From the NCBI RefSeq assembly GCF_001194135.2, contig NC_068998.1:17691205-17755204 (forward strand): DNA of 64,000 nt, read 5' to 3'. Of this stretch, positions 11,590 through 24,574 are shown piece after piece (position 1 is the stretch's first letter; every line of letters starts with the position of its first letter). The translations under genes were made by a program, and so were the position numbers. Under the pieces are notes generated by a model. The model saw nothing but the letters and a program-made list of their open reading frames with translations. It did not search any database and was not told the origin of the DNA. The stretch comes from Octopus bimaculoides (lineage: Eukaryota).

Positions 11590-13143
11590 GGTTCGACTTC
11601 CCCTTCTTTATTTTACTGCTCGTGAAGCTCTATCAAATCCTCGTTCGTCAGGGGCTGCTTGTCTTTTTCAAATAAATCTGTGAAATTCTTCTCCTCCAAA
11701 TTCATTTCGTTCTTTGCTCGTATTCACCAACGTTTTGTTGATGGCAACATTATCAAACCCCTTAAAATCATTCACGAATTGCGGGCATAGCTTCTTTCAT
11801 ACACCAATCATAGCTGTACTCTGTACATCATTCCATACTGCTGCTATGTTCTGCAGATATCTGCAGACTTGTAGATATCGTATCTCTTCCAAAAGTCACG
11901 AAGTGTGATGGACTCCTCAAGATCAGTTGCAGCTATTGCTTGCTGCAGCGTACGTTTCATAAAGAAACGCTTGAAAACAACAATTATTCGGAGGGAGGCA
12001 TACGACGGTAACGATGGGATCAAAATCTACGATGTTTTGCGGCCAGGAGCATTATCTAAGATAAGTAAAACCTTAAAAAGAATCCCCTTCTCTAAGAACC
12101 AATCTTCAAAAATAACAACAGTAACCCATGCTTTTGAATTAACCATCCATATAACAGGGAGAGATGCCTTGGGTATGTCATTTAGGGCACGGGGGTTGTG
12201 TGCATGATACACAAGCAATGGCTTTAACTGAAAATCTCCTGCACAATTAGCTCCCAACATAATGGTCACACGTTCTTTTGAGACCTCTATAGAAATGAAT
12301 GAACGGTCTGACAATTTCTTCCAATACAATCCGTCTACGTTAAAAATCTGTTCGAGAAGAAACCCGTTTTCTTCGATGGTTTTCTTGAATGATTTATTGA
12401 CTAATAGTAGCACGCTGGTGATACAACCTAACAATCCAAAGAGAAAGAAGACTTAAGATTTTTTCAAAGATTTTGCCTTTTTTCTTATCGATGACAGTGT
12501 TCTTCATCCCTGCTGGAAGCTTCAGATTTGTTATGTGCTAAAATCTTCTTCTTATGTAAAATCGTCGATACAGTTGTCCGACTCATCCCAAAAGATCGTG
12601 CAATCGCTACCACTTTTTTACCTTTTACATGGCGTTTTATCATAGCGTTATAGTATGACGCTTAGCACTTTCACTATGAATTTTATTAGGAGCCATATAA
12701 GGAGCAAAACATAACATCCCAAATGAATGACAATGAGAGAGTAGCTGATGAATGACGTCCGCAAATCTGAATTCAAAACACGCGGGAATCACGAGTGACA
12801 ACGACGCCTAACGGTAGATATTGGAACTACAGTGCAATATGAGATCCGAAAGATCGATAAATAAGACAACACAGCTGATTTCATGATTTCGCTTTATAGT
12901 GTGTATCTTAACATTTACTGTACGTATTTTAATATGATTTTATATGCTGTTATTCTTATTTATTGTACAGTATCATGATTTTATGTATTTTTAACGGTTT
13001 TCTAGTGATTTTACGATTTCAATATTTGTGGCGGACAGACGTAAAGTTCAGTAAAATGACTTAACTTGATTTTTATTTTTCCATATATTATTTTTGAAAA
13101 CCGATGTATAATCGAGAACGACTTAAGCCGAGGTATGTCTGTA
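11590..13143 (-). mobile_element. Degenerate Tigger/pogo DNA transposon
   Basis: DDE_1-type transposase pieces (IFNVD-GLYWK, GANCAGDFQLKPLLVYH, AWVT, LLILDNAPG, TLRDFWK) and an N-terminal HTH remnant from an ATG near 12688. One Tigger-type TIR, TACAGACATACCTCGG (rc at 13128-13143); the other TIR was not found. Confidence 0.92.
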
Positions 13144-13167
13144 TACATATGCACAGAGACTCCCTCG

Positions 13168-13207
<40 letters not shown>

Positions 13208-13689
13208 GAAAAAAAATAAACATAATTATAAATACGTAAGTTCATTAGTAATTAGCTTTAAATGAAAGAATATATTCTTGTATCCCTTCGTTGCTAAAAT
13301 ATATTGGGCAATTCTACTGCAGTGTTGTTTTTAATTCATTTATTTATTTATTCTACTTATCTGCAGGTCCTCTATCTGTCTTTGGGCATGTNNNNNNNNN
13401 NNNNNNNNNNNNNNNNNNNNNNNNNNNNNNNNNNNNNNNNNNNNNNNNNNNNNNNNNNNNNNNNNNNNNNNNNNNNNNNNNNNNNNNNNNNNNNNNNNNN
13501 NNNNNNNNNNNNNNNNNNNNNNNNNNNNNNNNNNNNNNNNNNNNNNNNNNNNNNNNNNNNNNNNNNNNNNNNNNNNNNNNNNNNNNNNNNNNNNNNNNNN
13601 NNNNNNNNNNNNNNNNNNNNNNNNNNNNNNNNNNNNNNNNNNNNNNNNNNNNNNNNNNNNNNNNNNNNNNNNNNNNNNNNNNNNNNNNA

Positions 13690-14020
13690 TTCCTAGACCG
13701 GGCGTTGTGAGTGTTTATTGAGCGAAAACACCTAAAGCTCCACGAGGCTCCGGCAGGGGATGGTGGCGAACCCTGCTGTACTCTTTCACCACAACTTTCT
13801 CTCACTTTTTCTTCCTGTTTCTGTTGTGCTTGTATTTCAAAGGGCCAGCCTTGTCACACACTGTGTCACGCTGAATGTCCCCGAGAACTACGTTAAGGGT
13901 ACACGTGTCTGTGGAGTGCTCAGCCACTTGCACGTTAGTTTCACGAGCAGGCTGTTCCGTTGATCGGATCAATTGGAACCCTCGTCGTCGTAAGCGTCGG
14001 AGTGCCAACTTGAACTTGAC
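13690..14020. mobile_element. CpG-rich interspersed repeat, probably a SINE body
   Basis: Composition differs sharply from the flanks and resembles a common octopus repeat (from memory). No second copy in the window. Confidence 0.4.
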
Positions 14021-14899
14021 TGGTAGAACCATTAGTCTCGGACAAAATTGTTTAAGGTGTTTCGTTGTGATTCTTTAAGCTCTGCGTTCAAATCCTGCCC
14101 GAATCGACTTTACTGTTCTTCTTTACATGATAGATAAAATGAAGTACCAGTCATGCATTAAGGTTGAGGGCATCGACTATCTCCTCTTAATCCTACTGGC
14201 GTTGTCCCTAAATCAGTAATCATTTTTTGTGGTGGGGAGCAGTGGCAGTTCGTAGATGAAATTTAGTGTGGGTGCTGCTTCAGAAAATTTTTAGCCGTTG
14301 TTTTAATATTGTGCAGAAAGGAACAAACATAAAAAGAACATTTGTACATAAGCTTGATCGATTCACGTTTTAGCCACTGCTGGGTAGTGTGTTTAATTTG
14401 TTCACTGAACACCGCCGCAAATTCCCCCTTGTTTTTCAAAGATCCCACCTAAATCACAAAATAAGGGAGGAGGAAATCTGCCCTATTTTTCAAATCCTGA
14501 CAACAACATTGTAGCTCAAGTCAGGATAATTATCTAATTCTACACATTCAAGAATATAAACACGTTTTTAAGCACAACACACGCGGAGTCAAAAAGAAAC
14601 ACTGCCTTTCATCAGCACACCAGGGTCGGCACTACGTGAACCACAGTACTCTCTCTCTCTCTCCCTAGCTTGCAGCTTCTTATCTCGGATATGTGAGCAT
14701 GTGCACAACAGCCAAACACCGCGTCGGTGGAACTGTGAAGTGCACAGTTCTATACAAGAATTTTTGTGTTTTTTTTTGTTTCATAAACTAGGGGATGGCT
14801 ACTGACGGATTAACGATTATATAATGTATAAGTATAAAGAAAGAATTAAAGTAAAAAGGACTCATTATATTGGATGTTATCGGTAATATCGAGTGGAAA

Positions 14900-15700
14900 T
14901 AGGAGGTGCTACAGTTCCGCAGTGCCTATACACGAGCCGACACTGGTGGCGAGCTATTTACGTTCTGAGTTCAAATCCAGCCGGTTGATAAAATAATGTA
15001 CCAGTCAATTAAGTACTGAGGTCGATGGTATGGATTTACCCCTGCCCTCAGAAATTACCGGCTTTCTGCCTAAATCAGAAACCATTATCGTTAGAAATGT
15101 CGGAGAGAAAATTGCTTCATGATATTTCTTTCGTTCTTCATTGAAATCCTGCCAAGGTAAACGTCGCCTTTCATCGTTTCGGGATCGATTAAAATCAAGT
15201 ACCAGACTAGAACTGGAGTTGATAGTATCGCCTAACCTCTTCCTCAAGAAACTGCTAGTCTTGAACCTAAATCAGAATCCATTATTAAAACGATTAATCG
15301 GCAGAATATTTAGAGCGACAGTAAAATTGTTTTGCAGTTTTTGCTCTAGTTCTTAACATTCCGAATTCAAATTCCACCGAGGTCAGCTTAACCTTCCATT
15401 CCTATTATCGTTGTTGTTCAGTTCTGATTTTTAGTGCATGCTCAAATGGCATTAGCGAGCGCAGCTCTGTGAACTTTGAGTATGTACAAGGTTTTGTTAT
15501 TCTTACTCTCGTGAATTTTCCCTACGTAATACGTGCGCGGTACCTCGGGGAGCAATTGTTGTTGTTGTTGTTGCTGTCGTCATCGTTGTTGTTGTTAAAG
15601 CAATGAACTTGCAAAACCGTTAGTACGCTGGGCCAAATGCTTAGTTGTAGTTCTGGATTCAAATTCCGCCGAGGCCGATTCCACCCCACTCCGGACCGAT
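14900..15700 (+). mobile_element. Cluster of decayed family A SINE fragments
   Basis: Several partial matches: TACGTTCTGAGTTCAAATCC, AAGTACCAG, AATTCAAATTCCACCGAGG, TTCAAATTCCGCCGAGG. Confidence 0.65.
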
Positions 15701-16129
15701 TTTGGCTATTTTTTTTTTGTACTTAAAAACCATGGAAGGAGCCTTTTCGGTAAAAAAAAAAAAAAAAAAAAAANNNNNNNNNNNNNNNNNNNNNNNNNNN
15801 NNNNNNNNNNNNNNNNNNNNNNNNNNNNNNNNNNNNNNNNNNNNNNNNNNNNNNNNNNNNNNNNNNNNNNNNNNNNNNNNNNNNNNNNNNNNNNNNNNNN
15901 NNNNNNNNNNNNNNNNNNNNNNNNNNNNNNNNNNNNNNNNNNNNNNNNNNNNNNNNNNNNNNNNNNNNNNNNNNNNNNNNNNNNNNNNNNNNNNNNNNNN
16001 NNNNNNNNNNNNNNNNNNNNNNNNNNNNNNNNNNNNNNNNNNNNNNNNNNNNNNNNNNNNNNNNNNNNNNNNNNNNNNNNNNNNNNNNNNNNNNNNNNNN
16101 NNNNNNNNNNACTTGTTATTGGAGCTGGC

Positions 16130-16700
16130 AGAATTATTAATGCACCTCCACCAAGTACTTCATTTCCTAGAAATAGCAGCCAAATCTTCTTCAAATCAAA
16201 CTCTACCATCATTTAGAAAAATGTGTTACTGAGTACACAGTACATAGAAAATTAGCGAAAAATTGTTGAACAGATTTCCAACAAATTCGGCAAAAATAAT
16301 CAGTGGGTGAGTGGTTTGAAACGAGATTATCTTCAAACATACATTAATACAAACACAGATACGCACAGCGTAATTTATTATATAAACAATATATGCGTAT
16401 AAATTACCATTTTTCTGTAATTTTGTCTGCTTCAAAAGAAAACAAACCAAAAAACCGGATGAAATACGTCATAATTATTAGGGAATAAGGAAATAATTAA
16501 CAGGGAATAACATTTTTCTCACCGGCAAAAATTATTGTTTACAAAAACAGCAGTAACTGTATTCAGCTGAATAGACGTCAGTGATTGGTTGAAATTACAG
16601 AAATACAACAACTTTAACATGAAATAACTTGCGATGTACAATTTGTTGTTAAGAAGGCTAAGAGAAAAAGTTGTTTTATATGACACATTCTACCAGTATG
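16130..16700. mobile_element. Interspersed repeat related to the interior of the 10765-11510 element
   Basis: Shared blocks ACAAACACAGATACGCACAGCGTAATTTATTATATAAACAATATATGCG and CAACTTTAACATGAAATAACTTGCGATGTACAAT. Confidence 0.75.
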
Positions 16701-17334
16701 TGCTTTAGAGCTGGCATCCAAAACAAATAAAAAAAAATCGGACTGTCAGTATCTGCTTTGAAATTTTTTTTCTGTTTCAGACCGCAAGATCAAAAATTTT
16801 CGTAATCTGTATTATAATACTTTGGCAAGATCATTAGAGCATCAGACAAAATGCCTTGTAATATTTTGTTTGCTTTGAGCTCAAATTCTATTCATGCCAA
16901 ACTTTACCTTTCATCCTTCTAGATGAAAGGTAAACGTAACAATGCAACAAATGAAATTACTAATCAAGCCCTGGGAATGAATTTTATGGACTGTACCCTC
17001 CTCCCCAAAACATTGCGGCCTTGTAACAATGTCAGAAAGCATACTGTAAAAACCAGTAAAATACTAGGGTCACGTACTTCGATTATTCCGTACCACTCGG
17101 AAAAATGTACAAATTTGTGCCTATGTTAGAAACAATGATTACAAACCCAACAGATATTGTCGTCAGGACAATTCGACTACATCTGAAGGTTTCTTGATAT
17201 ACTGAATCCAAAAATGGAATCTATTTTTCACTACCACATCTAGATTTCAAGATATCAACCCACCACCACCAATGTCATTCTAAAAATTAATAGTTACCTC
17301 ATCAAAATCTCAAAGCTTCAAGATAATCTTTTCT

Positions 17335-17512
17335 ACTGGAAGCACAAGGCCTGGGGGAAGGGATTAAGTCGATTACATCAATCCCAGTGTGTAACTAGTA
17401 CTTATTTAATCGACCTCAAAAGGATGAAAGCAAAGTTGACCTCAGCGGAATTTGTACTCAGAACGTAGCAGCAGACGAAATACCGCGAAGCATTTCGCCT
17501 GGCGTGCTAACG
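17335..17512 (-). mobile_element. SINE family A copy (reverse)
   Basis: Reverse complement of the family A core. Confidence 0.8.
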
Positions 17513-17981
17513 ATATATATTTATATACACACACGATATATATTTATATATATACACATGATATATATATATACACACACGTATATACACTTATACACAT
17601 ATATGTATACACACACACATAAACATATATATACACACACATAAACATATATATACACACTTATACACATGTATACACACACACAAACATATATACACAC
17701 TTATATACATATTTGTATACATATATACACTTATACACATATATGTATACACACATATACATACATACATACATACACACACATATACACACACACACAC
17801 ACATATACACACACATATACACACATANNNNNNNNNNNNNNNNNNNNNNNNNNNNNNNNNNNNNNNNNNNNNNNNNNNNNNNNNNNNNNNNNNNNNNNNN
17901 NNNNNNNNNNNNNNNNNNNNNNNNNNNNNNNNNNNNNNNNNNNNNNNNNNNNNNNNNNNNNNNNNNNNNACACACACATAT

Positions 17982-18016
<35 letters not shown>

Positions 18017-18019
18017 CAC

Positions 18020-18066
<47 letters not shown>

Positions 18067-18097
18067 TATATACATGTATACACACATATATACATAT
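17513..18097. repeat. Compound (TA/CA/TACA)n microsatellite with an N gap
   Basis: Direct inspection; source of several spurious ORFs. Confidence 0.95.
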
Positions 18098-20924
18098 GTG
18101 TAGTTTGTCCGTCGATGCGACGAAGACCATCTAATCATCCTGGGGTGGGGGTGGGCTTGTTTTGTGAGTCTGCAGATGGCTAGGGAGGCCAATCTGCACT
18201 CGAAGGGGTCTTTGACAGTGTGGACAGGGAATAGTAGCGCCTGCTACAGAGTTGTTAGCTCTGTTCTTCCTGGCTTGTCTGCGGTCTTCTGCAGCAGCGA
18301 TCCTATTGGTCTCGCATGTGTTGGAACCTTTGTGGGCAGCTGATCACCACCTTTCTCTGTCTAGAGCAGACTGCTCCCAAGTGTCATGGTCGATGTTGAA
18401 GGCTTTCAGTGAGGCTTTCAGTGTGTCCTTAAAGCGCTTCTTCTGGCCGCCTTGTGGGCGCTTTCCCTTTTGCAGCTTGCCAAAGAGCCAATCTTTTTGG
18501 TAATCGATCGTCTGACATGCGAGCTATGTGCCCTGCCCAGCGAAGCTGAGACTGCATTAAGATGGTATGGATGCTGGGCAGGTTAGCACGTATTAGTACC
18601 TCGGTGTCCGAGATCCTGTCCTGCCACTTTATGCCGAGAAGTTTTCTGAGGCGTATTGTATGAAAGTGGTTCAGCTTCCTGGCATGACGCTGGTGGACCG
18701 TCCAGGACTCGCAGCCGTAAAGCAGCGTTGTGAGAACAACAGCCCAGTACACCTTGATCTTTGTCATGATAGTGATCCCCCTCTTGTTCTAGACAGCCTT
18801 GCGTAACCTGCCGAAGGCAGCGCTTGCCTTGGTGAGTCTGGCGTTGATTTCGTCATCGACGACATTTCTAGAGAATGTGCTGCCAAGGTAAGTGAACTTG
18901 TCCACTGCGTTCAGTCGCTGCCCGTTGGTGATCTTGGTTTCAACGTAGGGCTTGGTTGGAGCTGGCTGATACATTACCTCAGTCTTTTTTGTATTGATAG
19001 TAAGGCCAAAGTTGTTGCAGGCGCGAGAGAACAAGTCAACGCTGTGCTGCATGCTGGACTCAGCGGCAGCATTGAGAGCGCAGTCATCGGCGAACAGGAG
19101 GTCGTTGACGGTGTTTACTGAAACCTTGGTTTTCGCTTTGAGCCTCCCGAGGTTAAAGACTGAACCGTCGGACCGGTACTTGATGCCGATGCCTATGTCT
19201 GTGTCCCTGAAAGCATCTGTCAGCATGGCTGAGAACGTAAGCCTGAACAAGGTGGGAGCAAGGACACATCCTTGTTTCACTCCGTTGGAGACAGGGAATG
19301 GATCAGAGGGCTCTCCGTTGACCTGTACCCTTGCCAACATGCCATCGTGTTGTCTTACGATGGTGATGAATTTTCTGGGGCATTCATACTTCGCCAAGAT
19401 TCTCCAAAGACCTTCTCTACTAACGGTATCAAAGGCCTCGGTCAGATCGATGTAGGTGGAGTAAAAGTCGACGTTCTGCTCCCGACACTTCTCCTGCAGC
19501 TGTCTTGCAGCAAACACCATGTCGATAGTCCCACGCTCTTTCCAGAAGCCACACTGGCTCTCAGGTAGGAGACTTTGCTCTAGGCGTGCAATGAGGTGGT
19601 TGAGCAAAACTCTAGCCAGGATCTCGCCTGTGATGGACAGCAGTGAAATTCCGCGATGATTGTCGCAGACCTGGTGGTTTCCATTGCGCTTGTAGAGGTG
19701 GATGATGGAGGCGTCCTTGAAGTCTTGAGGCACTGTCTCGTGCATCCAGATGAGCTGAAACAGCTGGTGAATTTTCCTAGTCAGAGCCATACCGCTTTCT
19801 TTGAATACTTCAGCAGGGATGGAGCCCGGCCCAGGTGCTTTGCCACTGGACAGTAGGCGGCATGCTTTCTGAATTTCCTCCAAAGTTGGTTCGACGTCCA
19901 TTGACGAATCCAAATGAGACCAAGGACAAATTCTATGAAGACTTGAGCTGTGTCATCACCGAGGTTCCCCGCGCAGACAAACTCATCATTCTAGGCGACT
20001 TCAATGCGAGAGTTGGTCGTGGTGGTGTCTCCTGGGAAGGAGTGATTGGGAAACATGGAGTTGGCAACTGCAACAACATCAGTCTGCTACTCCTCCAGAC
20101 CTGTGCAGAGCATGGCCTCCTGATCACCAACACCATCTTTAACCTCCCCACCCGCAACAGAACGTTATGGATGCATCGCCACTCAAAGCACTGGCACCTC
20201 ATCGACTACGTTATCATAAGGAAGAGGGACAGGCAAGACGTACGAGTTACGAAGACCATGTGTGGCGCAGAATGCTGGACAGACCACCGCCTTGTTGTAT
20301 CCAAACTCAACCTTAGAGTTCAGCCCAAGAGACGACCATAAAATAGGAAAGCACCAAAACGCTTGAACATCGGCAAGCAGAAGGATAGCAACGTCAAGCA
20401 GCTATTTACCGATACATTGGAGCAACGCTTGGACCCCATTGTGCTACAAGGCAAGGATATTGAGGAAGCCTGGACTGCACTCCGGGTGACGTTGTACGAC
20501 ACAGCCATGGAATGCCTTGGACCATCTACAAAGAAGCACAAGGACTGGTTTGATGAGAACTGCACGGAGATCAAGCAACTACTAGAGGAAAAGCATCGTG
20601 TTTACAAAGCTCACCTCACTGACCCCCAAGTCAGTTTTAAAGAAGGACAGACTGCGGATTGTACGGAGCACCATCCAAACGAAGTTGCGCCAGATCCAGG
20701 ATTCCTGGCTTAGCAGCAAAGCAGACATGATCCAAAGCTTTGCAGACAGAAATGACGAAGAATTTCTATGACACTTTGATGGAAGTTTACGGCCCTACTA
20801 CTACAAGAACAGTCTCCCCTCCTTACTGCTGACGGGGGCAACACTGATCACCGACAAGGAAAAGGGATTAGAGAGATGGGCTGAACATTTCGACAGCGTC
20901 CTGAATAGGCCTTCCACCATCAAT
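18098..20924 (-). mobile_element. RTE-clade LINE, 5'-truncated, with an inverted 5' segment
   Basis: Minus strand 19913-18429 encodes RT (GFWKERGTIDM, DLTEAFDTV, GVKQGCVLAP, LFADD, FTYLGS) and the RTE C-terminus (LRWAGHIARM). Plus strand ~19905-20924 encodes the endonuclease C-half (LIILGDFNARVG, WHLIDYVI) and the linker (RWAEHFDSVLNRPSTIN). Frameshifts and stops are present. Confidence 0.95.
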
Positions 20925-22149
20925 AGGCTATATACACACATACATATATATGTATACACACACACATATATATATACACACACATACACATACAGACACA
21001 CACATCTATATATACATACACACACACATATATATACACGCACACATACATATATTTACACATGTACACTCACATTTATATACATACATATATAAATAAG
21101 CATTACCTTTGAGTAATTTCAGTGTTAAAGGGTTAAAGAAAACCATTATAGATATAAGAAAAGAGGAAGAAAAGGCTAGATTTATAAGCAAATAGTGTGA
21201 TTTTATTATTATTGCAACCAATGAATATTAATTTTATACATTGTGGGTTATAATAATAGGGCATTATCACATGACACTGGACCCTGATATAAAAACATAA
21301 TGGTGATACATAAAATAAAGAGAGGGAGTAAAAAAATAAACAAATACACAGAAATATATAGAGAAAGAGACTGACAGAACAGAGAGAAAGCTTGAAGTAA
21401 AAACAGACAAGTGAAACAAAATACAAAATAGCATTGAGAAGGAAAAGAGATTGAGACAGGAGAGAAGAATAGCAAATTACTCAGGAGGAAACAATAAGGA
21501 AACAAATTCTTCACATTCATAGCCATACATACAGAGAGGGGGAGGGGGAGAGAGAGAGAACCATCCAGTGGCATTCTTAACTGTTGGTGATTAAAAAAAG
21601 GGAAAAGAGACAAGGATAGGTCAGTAAACAATTGGAACTTTGGCTTCAGGGAGATAACATTGTTTGGAAAACATAGTAAAAAGACTATGATGTGGTGGTG
21701 GTAGTGGTGGTAGTGGACGGAGGTTTTCCCTGATTAAACAAGATATGTCTAACATCTTATTATTGTGTGGAAGTTAGAGAGTATATAAAATATGTACATA
21801 TTAAATAACAGTCTCTCTCTCTCTCTCTCTATCCCATCCTATGTTTTTAGTACGTCAACTGCCAAGGGTTCTGAAAAACTGATGTTTTACACATGAGCTG
21901 ATAGTTGAGATGCACAACTCCTCTCTCAGAGAAATGGGGTGTCAGCCTCCTCATTAGTGTCATTATCAGCAATATTCATGTAGGAAAGGGTCAAACTATA
22001 TAAAGCAAAACAAAAACAAGGACAATATCTTTGAACAGGGCACACACCAAAACTGAGAGGAGAAGGTATGGATGTAAATAAATATTCATTAATATATCGT
22101 TAGCATTTAGATTTTTTTTCTAAACCCACCAAATATTAGTTTCAAACTT

Positions 22150-23864
22150 TGGCACAAGGCCAGCAATTTTGGGAAAGGGGATAAGTCAATTACATTGACC
22201 CCACTGCTCAATTGCTATTTAATTTATCAACCCTGAAAGGATGAAAGGCAAAGTCAACCTTGGTGGAATCTGAACTCAGGACGCAAGGACGGATGAAATA
22301 CCACCAAGCATTTCGCCCGACATGTTAACGATTCTGCCAGATTACTGCCTTAAGTCCCACCAAATATTATGTAGAAATAATTATCTTCCTTGTAATAACT
22401 ATAACCAGTAAGACATGGATTTAATTTTATCAAACTTGGAAAAAGACTGGAACTGACAAATTTTGAACTCAGAACATAAAGAGTTGCAACTAAAGAGTCG
22501 AAAAACTGTTCAGTACTTTTAATATTTTCACTACACCATTCTTAGTGGTTTCTGACATAGGTACAAGACTTGAAATTTGAGGGAATAGGATTAGTTGATT
22601 TTATTAATCCCAGCATTTGACTAGTACTTTTATTTTTATCAACTCTCTAAAAGGCTAAATGACAAAGATAACTTCAGCAGAATTTGAACCCTGAATCTAA
22701 ATAACTACAATTAAATACTGCAAGAATCTAAAGAACCTTTAACTAAATACAGCAATCCATTGCTCTACCACTTGTCAAATAATGTTTTTAATATAACGTT
22801 AACAAAATTATTTATTTATTTTTTTGTCTTAGTGTTATTTTCTATTTGCTTCTATCTAGAAATCAAAGGAAATAACTGCTATTCCCTTCAAACTTTGCTT
22901 TTGTGATCTGAACATTTATGTCTTCAAGCTGACTTATTTTCCATTACATTTCAGACATATTCAACGCTGAGTTGCTAAAGCAGAAATATCGTTATAGCAA
23001 ATATTCTGCTCACTACCACAAATTTGCTTGTCAGTTGCTTGACCATAAACACTGGAACATGTCCCTTAGTGACTGACAACATGTGCATCTCTGATCATGA
23101 GCAAGAGTAGTAGGGAAGCATCATAGCCATGTGTTGAAAGGGTTCTTTGGGGCTTGAATAAATGTAACAAATGCAAAGTTTGAAGAAAATATTAGCTATT
23201 TTTCATACTTTCTAGGGGTAAGCAAATAGGAAATTTTGGTACAAGGCTATCAGTTTTAGAGGGAAGAGGTTAATCTATTACAGAGTCTCCAGCACTTGGC
23301 TGGTACTTTATTCTATTAACCCCATAAGGAGGAAAGGTAAAGATGACCTCAGCAGAATTTGAACCCAAGCCAGAAGAAATATCATAAAGCATTTTTTCCA
23401 ACACTAACAATTCCTCCAGCAAATCACTCTCAACAATAACAACTCCTTCTAGTATAAGCACAAGGACTAAAATTTGGTGGGAGAGGACAGTTGACTACAT
23501 CGACCCCGGTGCTCAATTGATACTTATTCTATCAACCCTGAAAGGATGAAAAGCAAAGTCAACCTCAGCAGAATTTGAACTCAGAATGTAAAGCCAGAAG
23601 AGATAGTTCTAAGCATTTTATCCAGTGTACTTGCAATTCTGCCAACTCACCACCTTAACAATAATAATATTCCTTTCTGCTAAAGGAACAAGGCCTGAAA
23701 TTTACAGGGAGGGGAGTAGTCAATTACATCGACCCCCAGTGTTCCACTGGTACTTAATTTATCAACCCCAAAAGGATGAAAGGCAGAGTTGACCTCGGCA
23801 GAATTTGAACTCAGAACATAACAGCAGGCAAAATACCACTAAGTATTTCACCTGGCATGCTAAA

Positions 23865-23900
<36 letters not shown>

Positions 23901-24020
23901 ACAATATCAAGAATTCACTGTCTCGAAACTCAGGAAGAGAAATAATTGGTTTTGATATGGTCTGTTACAAAATATAGCAGTAAAAAGGTTAAATATTCCT
24001 GAGCAACATGAAAATGTTCC

Positions 24021-24062
<42 letters not shown>

Positions 24063-24480
24063 CATATAAACACACACAAACGTAAGAGTGTACATGCACA
24101 GGTACATGAAGATTAAAAAGTTGTGTATTAATTATATCACTGTATCAGAGAATAGGTAAAAATATATCAGACAATAAACTAAACTGCGAAACAACTTTCT
24201 TCCATTAAAAATCCAAAAAAAAAATGGCTCTCTTCTAATACATATATACATATTCCCTCTCAATAATAGTTTCAAATTTTGGTACAAGGCCAGCACTTTT
24301 GAGAAAGGGGTAAACTGATTAAATCAACCCCAGTGCTCAACTGGGGCTTATTTTATTGACCCCAAAAGGATGAAAGGCAAAGTCGACCTTGACAGAATTT
24401 GAACTCAGAACGTAAAGACACAAATGAAATGCCACTAAGAATCTCACCTAGCATGCTAATGATTCTGCCAGCTCGCTGTC
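22150..24480 (-). mobile_element. Cluster of five reverse-orientation family A SINEs plus the family D-containing MITE
   Basis: Copies at ~22155-22350, 23245-23420, 23455-23660, 23685-23865 and 24270-24480 (GGATGAAAGGCAAAGTC(A/G)ACCT...GAATTTGAACTCAGAAC). Confidence 0.85.
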
Positions 24481-24568
24481 TTATAATTAATTCACTGAAT
24501 ATTACATAGATTTTCCAATGACACCAATACAATACCAAAATGAAATTTCAACAAAAGTATAAAAGCAA

Positions 24569-24574
24569 TTTATT
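24569..24574 (-). terminator. Candidate KIF23 polyadenylation signal AATAAA
   Basis: First AATAAA I found on the minus strand downstream of the stop codon, implying a ~1.5 kb 3' UTR. Several ATTAAA variants lie closer to the stop. Confidence 0.35.

Noticed and set aside
18994-19856. Plus-strand ORFs overlapping the RT
   Set aside because: Antisense shadows of the RTE reverse transcriptase frame.
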